This document shows positions 58,091 through 64,000 of a DNA stretch of 64,000 nucleotides, piece by piece. Every line of letters starts with the position of its first letter. Within the stretch, counting starts at the first letter, position 1. The DNA is from an uncultured Clostridia bacterium (GTDB lineage Bacteria > Bacillota > Clostridia > Christensenellales > CAG-917): NCBI GenBank assembly GCA_934254835.1, contig CAKQMI010000003.1, forward strand, positions 14,240-78,239. The letters run 5' to 3'. Below the pieces are notes generated by a model, which ran no database searches, had not been told where the DNA came from, and was given only the letters and a program-made list of their open reading frames with translations. Position numbers and translations under genes: made by a program.

Positions 58091-58135
58091 CGTTTTCTCG
58101 CCCTTTTGCATATCTTGTTCGGGCGGAGGAACTTT

Positions 58136-58648
58136 ATGGATTTTTCAAGTTTGAGCGTAATATCCGAACTACCTTATCCCGAACCTATTATACCCTACTC
58201 GAACCCGGTCGAGGCAAAAAAACTTATGAACGACTACGGCGGGCGCGACAGCGAAACGACGGCGATCTTCGGATACGCTTATCAAAGTTATATTCTCTCT
58301 CGCGAATACCCGTTGTTTTCGCAAAAACTTTTGGAGATTGCAGAGGTCGAAATGCACCACCACAAAATCTTGGGCACGGCGATTTCGGCGTACGGAAGTT
58401 TTCCCGTCATCGGCGGGCGCACGGCGTTTTGGAACGGCAGTTACGTCAACTACGCAACCAACTTAATAAAACTGCTGGAAAGCGATATTCAAGGTGAACT
58501 ATGCGCAATCGAAAACTACAAAAAGACGGCTTTATCACTGCAAAACCAAACGTTAAAAGCCGTGATTGAGCGGATTATCCTTGACGAAGAATTGCACGTT
58601 ACGGTGCTGAAAGCAATGCTTTCAACGGCAAAAGAAGAAAGAAAATGA
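58136..58648 (+). CDS. ferritin-like di-metal protein (Mn-catalase/CotJC-like)
   Basis: Start at MDFSSLSV behind GGAGG. Paired ExxH motifs EVEMHHH and DEELHVT. Confidence 0.6.
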   Translation: MDFSSLSVISELPYPEPIIPYSNPVEAKKLMNDYGGRDSETTAIFGYAYQSYILSREYPLFSQKLLEIAEVEMHHHKILGTAISAYGSFPVIGGRTAFWNGSYVNYATNLIKLLESDIQGELCAIENYKKTALSLQNQTLKAVIERIILDEELHVTVLKAMLSTAKEERK

Positions 58649-58650
58649 TT

Positions 58651-58692
58651 AAAAAAACCGCCACGCTTTACTTGTGTGGCGGTAATGTTTTT
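58651..58692. terminator. bidirectional terminator between convergent genes
   Basis: AAAAAAA-CCGCCAC-gctttacttgt-GTGGCGG-TAATGTTTTT. Confidence 0.6.
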
Positions 58693-58709
58693 GCGCTTTA
58701 ATATCCGCG

Positions 58710-59249
58710 TTATTTGAAGAACAGCGGAAGCTCCTGCAGGTATATTATGTCGTGTCTTTCGACAGCGTCGCCCTCTGCAAGCACCGCCATTTTGCCGACG
58801 ATTTCACCGCCTGCGATACGGACAAGTTCCTCAATCGCATGCAAACTTTCGCCCGTCGAAATGACGTCGTCAACGATGAGAATACGCTTTCCCTTCATCT
58901 TGTCGATGTCGAATTTGTCAAGATAAAGCGTCTGCTCTTTTGCGGTCGTAATCGACTTGACCTCGACCTTGACAGGCTCGACCATATACGCTTTCAAACC
59001 CTTTCTGGCGAGGATATAATTTTTGTTTTCCTGCTTCGCCATTTCATAAGCCAAGGGGATACCTTTCGACTCCGCCGTGATGATGAGGTCGTGTTCGGGG
59101 GCTTTTTTCAGAAGTTCCTCGGCGCACCTGACCGTCATTTCGACGTCGGAAAACATAACGAAACCCGCTATGTAAAGATGTTCGTTTATGGGACAAATGG
59201 GCAAATCTCTTTCCAGCCCTGCGATGTTGATGTGATAAAACTTATCCAT
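58710..59249 (-). CDS. phosphoribosyltransferase (adenine/xanthine PRT-like)
   Basis: Start at MDKFYHINIAG behind AAGGAG. PRPP-binding loop RILIVDDVISTGES. Confidence 0.8.
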   Translation of the reverse strand: MDKFYHINIAGLERDLPICPINEHLYIAGFVMFSDVEMTVRCAEELLKKAPEHDLIITAESKGIPLAYEMAKQENKNYILARKGLKAYMVEPVKVEVKSITTAKEQTLYLDKFDIDKMKGKRILIVDDVISTGESLHAIEELVRIAGGEIVGKMAVLAEGDAVERHDIIYLQELPLFFK

Positions 59250-59344
59250 AAAATTACTCCTTTCAAACACAACACATTATAAATCACCACGACGACGAAA
59301 GTCAATGAAATCTTGCCTTGTGCCCGCTTAAAAGTCGTTTTATT

Positions 59345-59644
59345 TTACATACCGTATTTTTCAAGGTCAACGGTGAAGTCGTCGCGAACGACAATGCCGT
59401 CCTTTTCAAGAAGTTGCTTTTGCACCTCCCGTCCGCCGAAAGCAAACGCGGGAGCGAGCGCACCGAATCTATTGACCACTCGATAACAAGGAATTTCAAA
59501 CGGATTCGGGTTGAAATGCAAGGCGTATCCGACGGCGCGACTTGCCTTTGGACTTCCGCACAAAAACGCAATCTGCCCGTACGTTGCGACCTTGCCCTTT
59601 GGGATTTTTTTCACTTGTTCATAAACCACATCATAAAAACTCAT
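59345..59644 (-). CDS. MGMT-family (methylated-DNA-protein-cysteine methyltransferase DNA-binding domain) small protein
   Basis: 99 aa. IPKGKVATYGQIA...SRAVGYAL...IPCYRVV (variant of PCHRV). Confidence 0.8.
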   Translation of the reverse strand: MSFYDVVYEQVKKIPKGKVATYGQIAFLCGSPKASRAVGYALHFNPNPFEIPCYRVVNRFGALAPAFAFGGREVQKQLLEKDGIVVRDDFTVDLEKYGM

Positions 59645-59667
59645 AGTTCTATTTTATCCTGTTTTAT

Positions 59668-59940
59668 GCCAACCGTCAATAATACGAACTTTGCCAAACC
59701 GCCGATATTTCCGTGCTTTTTTGCAAAAACTCGCTTGTAGTACAAAAAGTACAACTGCGTTCGTTTTTCCCAAAAATCATCGAAACTCTCGGTGGTTTGG
59801 TCTAAGGAGTATTGCCCCGCGTTTTTAGGCGAAAACAAGGCACGCGAGCGGGTTAATACTTTTTGTCTAAGCCGTGAGCGTAACGAGGTTTTGGTCAAAA
59901 ACGCGGGGCAAGACCATAGTTTGTATTACTCACGGTTGGC
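59668..59940 (+). mobile_element. non-autonomous TIR element (MITE-like), copy B
   Basis: GCCAACCGTCAATAATACGAAC...GTTTGTATTACTCACGGTTGGC with AT on both flanks. Collinear with copy A. Intergenic, between the MGMT-like gene and ilvB. Confidence 0.8.
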
Positions 59941-60100
59941 ATGAATAATATCAATACAAAATTAAATCTAAATAATTGACTACAGCGGATAATATCAACA
60001 CAAAATTCAAATTGAAATTATTGACTATATATGATAATTATAATACAATAATTAAAAATATATAATTGCGCGAGGCTTCGGCTTTGACGGCGGGTTACTT

Positions 60101-61660
60101 ATGAAAAAAGGCTCGGAAATCTTAATAAAAGAACTGGAAAGACACGGCACGGAGATTGTTTTCGGATACCCGGGTGCCAGCGTCTTGTCGCTTTACGACG
60201 AGTTGTCCCGCTCGAATATCCGTCACGTTTTGCCTGCGGACGAGCGCGGTGCGGTGTTTATGGCAAACGGATATGCCAGGTCCACCGGTAAAGTCGGCGT
60301 GTGCATCGCAACGTCGGGCCCCGGCGCAACCAACCTTGTCACGGGGATTGCCGACGCATTTTCGGACAGCGTCCCCCTTGTCGTGATAACGGGGAACGTC
60401 AGCGTTGATACACTCGGTCACGACGGCTTTCAGGAAGTCGATACCACAGGCATCACAATGCCCGTCACAAAATACAACTACATCGTAAAAGACGTCAAAG
60501 ATTTGTCTTTCGCCGTGGCGGAGGCGTTTTTCGTGGCGACGAGCGGACGGAAAGGTCCCGTGCTTATCGATATCCCCACCAACGTCTTTGACGAACTTTG
60601 CGACTACGTCCCAAAAACAATAACCAAAAAAACCAAATCCCCCGTTGACGCGAGCGAGGTCGAAAACGCCGTCAAACTCGTCAATGAGTCAAAACGCCCC
60701 TTAATCTATGCGGGAGGCGGTGTTCATCAAAGCAATACGGCGGATTTGGTGAAAAAACTGTCAAAAACCATCGGCGCGCCCATCGGCGTTTCGATGCGAG
60801 GAATAGGCGTCACCGACAGCGACAACGACCTCTTTATCGGCGTATCCACCGCCAAAAACAAACTTGCAAAACGCGCCCTCAAAGAAGCCGATCTTCTCAT
60901 CTCCGTCGGCGCGAGGTTTTCAAGCAAGGCAACCGAAAAATCCTTTTACAACAAAAATCTGAAACTGTTGCACCTTGACGTCGATCCCGCCGAAATCGAC
61001 AAAAATCATCAGTCGGACGCGCGTATTACGGGCGACCTTTCTGACACTCTCCCCGCTCTTTTGAACCTTGTCAATGGCAAGGAAAAATGGTTTGCAAAAG
61101 GCGCGGACGCTCCCGAAAAACCCACCACGGTGCACGAATATATGAACGTGCTTTGCAAGCACTTCGGACGGGACGCATACGTCACCACCGACGTCGGACA
61201 GCACCAACTCTACGTTGTCAACTACTTCGATTTTTCGTCCAAAGGACGACTTATCACCAGTGCGGGGCTCGGCGCAATGGGCTTTGGAATAGGCTCTGCC
61301 TGCGGTGTCGCGTTCGGCACGAAAAAGCGCGTGCTTTACGTCACGGGCGACGGCTCGTTTAATATGAGTTTTAACGAGCTTATCACGATAAAAACCTACG
61401 ATTTGCCCGTGGTGAGCGTCATTTTCGACAACTCGTCGCTTGGTATGATACGCGAAATTCAGATGAAAAAGTACGAGGGAAACGTCGTTGACAGCAATAT
61501 CCCCGTCGGCGTCGATTACGTCGCATTGTCTTCGGCATTCGGCATACCCGCCTACCGCGTCGAAAACGTAAATCAACTGGAAAATATATTAAATACAATC
61601 GACTTAAACTCCCCTGCCGTCATTCACGTCAAACTGAAACGGCAAGAAAACGTATTGTGA
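60101..61660 (+). CDS. ilvB: acetolactate synthase large subunit (ThDP enzyme)
   Basis: 519 aa. GYPGASVLSLYDEL, the GPGATNLVTGIADA region, and the ThDP motif GDGSFNMSFNEL. Confidence 0.9.
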   Translation: MKKGSEILIKELERHGTEIVFGYPGASVLSLYDELSRSNIRHVLPADERGAVFMANGYARSTGKVGVCIATSGPGATNLVTGIADAFSDSVPLVVITGNVSVDTLGHDGFQEVDTTGITMPVTKYNYIVKDVKDLSFAVAEAFFVATSGRKGPVLIDIPTNVFDELCDYVPKTITKKTKSPVDASEVENAVKLVNESKRPLIYAGGGVHQSNTADLVKKLSKTIGAPIGVSMRGIGVTDSDNDLFIGVSTAKNKLAKRALKEADLLISVGARFSSKATEKSFYNKNLKLLHLDVDPAEIDKNHQSDARITGDLSDTLPALLNLVNGKEKWFAKGADAPEKPTTVHEYMNVLCKHFGRDAYVTTDVGQHQLYVVNYFDFSSKGRLITSAGLGAMGFGIGSACGVAFGTKKRVLYVTGDGSFNMSFNELITIKTYDLPVVSVIFDNSSLGMIREIQMKKYEGNVVDSNIPVGVDYVALSSAFGIPAYRVENVNQLENILNTIDLNSPAVIHVKLKRQENVL

Positions 61661-61667
61661 GGCTTTT

Positions 61668-62183
61668 ATGAACGACAACACGCACAAATTATCAATCCTC
61701 GTATTAAACCGTCCCGGCGTACTCACGCGCATATCGGGGCTTTTCGCGCGACGCGGGTACAACATCGACAGCCTGACCGTCTGCGCAACCGAAAACGACG
61801 ACTATTCGCGAATGACCGTCACCGTACGCGGAAACGACAAAATCATTCGCCAAATTCAGGCGCAACTCCAAAAGCAGGTTGACGTCGTGAAAATCGCCGA
61901 TTTGGATCGCGACGACTGCGTTTTCCGCGAGTTACTGCTCATAAAAATCAAGTGCGCGCCCGGTCAGCGCAGTGAAATCGTCGATATTTGCACCATTTTC
62001 AAGGCAAAACCCATCGACGTTTCGTCCGACGACACGATGATTATCGAGCTCACCGGCGAAACCCGCAAAGTCGATGCGCTTATCGACGTCTTGAAGCCTT
62101 ACGGCGTGTTGGAAATGGCGCGCTCGGGCGGTTCCGCTCTTGAACGCGGTCACAAAATTTTGAGAAACGATGAGAACGATTAA
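61668..62183 (+). CDS. ilvN: acetolactate synthase small (regulatory) subunit
   Basis: 171 aa. ACT domain HKLSILVLNRPGVLTRISGLFARRGYNIDSLTV. Confidence 0.9.
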   Translation: MNDNTHKLSILVLNRPGVLTRISGLFARRGYNIDSLTVCATENDDYSRMTVTVRGNDKIIRQIQAQLQKQVDVVKIADLDRDDCVFRELLLIKIKCAPGQRSEIVDICTIFKAKPIDVSSDDTMIIELTGETRKVDALIDVLKPYGVLEMARSGGSALERGHKILRNDEND

Positions 62184-63684
62184 ATTACTGGACACCACCC
62201 TTCGTGACGGCGAACAGTCCCCCGGGTGCAGTATGCACATCAACGAGAAAATCGCCGTTGCCGACGCGCTTTCTCGCTTGAACGTGGACGTTATCGAGGC
62301 GGGCTATCCCGCGGCGAGCGAAGGCGACTTCGAGGCGGTCAGACAAATCGCAAAACGCATACGAACCGCCGAAATCACCGGGCTTGCGCGGTGCAAACAG
62401 CACGATATCGACGTGTTGTGGGACGCCTTGAAAGACGCCGAAAATCCGAGGTTGCACCTCTTTATCGCAACCTCGCCCATTCACCTTGCTTACAAATATA
62501 AGATAACGCCCGACGTCGCAATCGACACGTTGACCGACGCCATCGCTTACGCCAAAAAGTATACGAGCAACGTCCAGTTTTCGTTCGAGGACGCGTCGCG
62601 CACCCCCATCGACTACCTTATAAAAGTCGCGCGTCTTGCGGTCAATGCGGGCGCAACCACAATAAATATCCCCGACACCGTCGGCTACTCCACCCCCGAC
62701 GAGATGGCGCATATCGTCAAAACTCTTCTTCATGAGGTCGAGGGGCTTTCGGATATCGACCTGTCCGTCCACTGCCACGACGACTTGGGACTTGCCGTCG
62801 CAAACTCGCTGTCGGCGATTAAGGCGGGCGCAACGCAAATCGAAGGCACGGTTTTGGGCATCGGCGAGCGCGCGGGCAACGCCGACCTCGAAGAAATCAT
62901 CATGGCGCTGAAAACCCGCAAAAACTTTTTCGACGCGGACACTCGCGCCGACAGCCACGAAATTTATCGCGCTTGCACCCTTTTGTCGAGCGTGGTCGGC
63001 TTGAAAATCCCGATGAATAAGGCAATCGTCGGCAGAAACGCTTTCGCGCACGAGGCGGGCATTCACCAGCACGGCGTAATGCAGGCGCGCGAAACTTACG
63101 AGATTATGAATCCCAACGACGTCGGCATCGTCGACAACAAAATCCTCATCGGAAAGCACAGCGGACGGCACGCTTTCGGACAGTTTTTGGCGGATATGGG
63201 CTATACCTTCCCAAAGGAAAAAATCGACGAATTGTTTGAAAAGTTCAAGGCTCTTGCCGACAGAAAAAAGACAATTTCCCGCCGTGACGTCGAGGCTCTT
63301 TTGCCCCACGTCGACCGTCTGACCACCAACGTGCCAAAAAAATACTCGCTGGAAGCATACGATATTTCGTCGTACAAAAACAGCGCGTTTTCGGAAATAA
63401 CCTTGAAATCCGACGACGGCGTCGCCACCGAAAAGGAGTCGGGCGACGGCCCTGTCGACGCCAGTTTCAAGGCAATCAATAATATCGTGGGCAAAGACTT
63501 TGTCCTTCGCGATTTCTCGTTGCACTCGGTCACAGAGGGCGAGGACGCTTTGGGCGAAGCAATCGTAAAACTGACGCTCGACGACCACACGGTCAGCGGA
63601 CGCGGAGTTTCCACCGACGTCTTGGAATCCGCAATCATCGCGTACGTCGACGCAGTCAATAAATTACTGAACGAAAGCAAATGA
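62170..63684 (+). CDS. leuA: 2-isopropylmalate synthase
   Basis: 504 aa. [27 protein letters not shown], and a C-terminal LeuA dimerisation/regulatory domain. Confidence 0.93.
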   Translation: MRTIKLLDTTLRDGEQSPGCSMHINEKIAVADALSRLNVDVIEAGYPAASEGDFEAVRQIAKRIRTAEITGLARCKQHDIDVLWDALKDAENPRLHLFIATSPIHLAYKYKITPDVAIDTLTDAIAYAKKYTSNVQFSFEDASRTPIDYLIKVARLAVNAGATTINIPDTVGYSTPDEMAHIVKTLLHEVEGLSDIDLSVHCHDDLGLAVANSLSAIKAGATQIEGTVLGIGERAGNADLEEIIMALKTRKNFFDADTRADSHEIYRACTLLSSVVGLKIPMNKAIVGRNAFAHEAGIHQHGVMQARETYEIMNPNDVGIVDNKILIGKHSGRHAFGQFLADMGYTFPKEKIDELFEKFKALADRKKTISRRDVEALLPHVDRLTTNVPKKYSLEAYDISSYKNSAFSEITLKSDDGVATEKESGDGPVDASFKAINNIVGKDFVLRDFSLHSVTEGEDALGEAIVKLTLDDHTVSGRGVSTDVLESAIIAYVDAVNKLLNESK

Positions 63685-64000
63685 AAATCGACGTTTTGGA
63701 CACAACTTTAAGGGACGGCACCCAAGCCGAAGGCGTCACTTTGTCAATCGACGACAAGGTGGAATGCATACGCCTTTTGGACGAACTATCCATCGACTTT
63801 ATCGAGGCGGGCACGCCGTTTGCCAACCCGAAAGACAAAAAACTTTTGTGCGACGATGACCTTGTCACGCACAATTCTCATATCGTCGCTTTTGGCTCAA
63901 CTCGACACAAAAACAACTTAACCGATGAAGATAGCGCGTTAAACCTGCTTTCTTTGTCAAAAACGCAATTTGTATCGGTTGTCGGAAAAAGTAGCGCGAC
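63681..64000 (+). CDS. citramalate synthase / second IPMS-family enzyme, N-terminal part (runs off the right edge)
   Basis: Not in the track. ATG 63681 overlaps the leuA stop (ATGA). Translation gives [56 protein letters not shown]..., CimA-like. Confidence 0.72.
   Translation, partial: MKIDVLDTTLRDGTQAEGVTLSIDDKVECIRLLDELSIDFIEAGTPFANPKDKKLLCDDDLVTHNSHIVAFGSTRHKNNLTDEDSALNLLSLSKTQFVSVVGKSSA

Noticed and set aside
59942-60100. A T-box or other leader upstream of ilvB, and an S-box upstream of metY.
   Set aside because: The AT-rich 160-nt ilvB leader shows promoter-like TTGACT boxes but none of the conserved T-box or SAM-riboswitch sequence blocks. Only 9 nt precede metY.

Overview
This 64-kb window looks like a Firmicutes/Clostridia-type chromosome. 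The evidence is the gene orders dgt-dnaG-sigA-trmK-nif3 and secG-rnr-smpB...ssrA, the GGAGG-type ribosome-binding sites and the lipoboxes. It carries about 60 tightly packed protein genes, nearly all on the minus strand, plus tRNA-Val(GAC) and tmRNA. Most of the content is housekeeping or metabolic: GH2 beta-galactosidase, the primase/sigma-A block, MscS, a DmpA-type peptidase, an OYE-type flavin oxidoreductase, pnt transhydrogenase, Lrp, PadR, AraC and TetR regulators, a P-type ATPase, ABC exporters, metY-metA, and ilvB-ilvN-leuA-cimA. I saw no CRISPR array, no integrase, transposase or phage genes, and no recognisable defence or toxin-antitoxin genes. Four things are not ordinary. (1) The fused pntA2-pntB gene encodes three tandem, diverged copies of the NADP(H)-binding dIII domain joined by Ala/Pro/Glu/Lys-rich linkers. 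(2) A family of about 274-bp non-coding elements with terminal inverted repeats and AT flanks has at least 4 copies or fragments here, and one copy splits a low-molecular-weight tyrosine phosphatase gene. (3) Gene-free modules sit directly downstream of tRNA-Val and of tmRNA. They are bounded by partial duplicates of the tRNA or tmRNA 3' end and share a 173-nt core whose hairpins are kept by compensatory substitutions, so this is a candidate structured RNA or non-autonomous integrative element. (4) A 360-bp structured spacer with a terminator-like hairpin lies inside the pnt operon. All functional calls come from motif recognition by eye and no database search was run. Coordinates of non-ORF features may be off by 1-2 nt.
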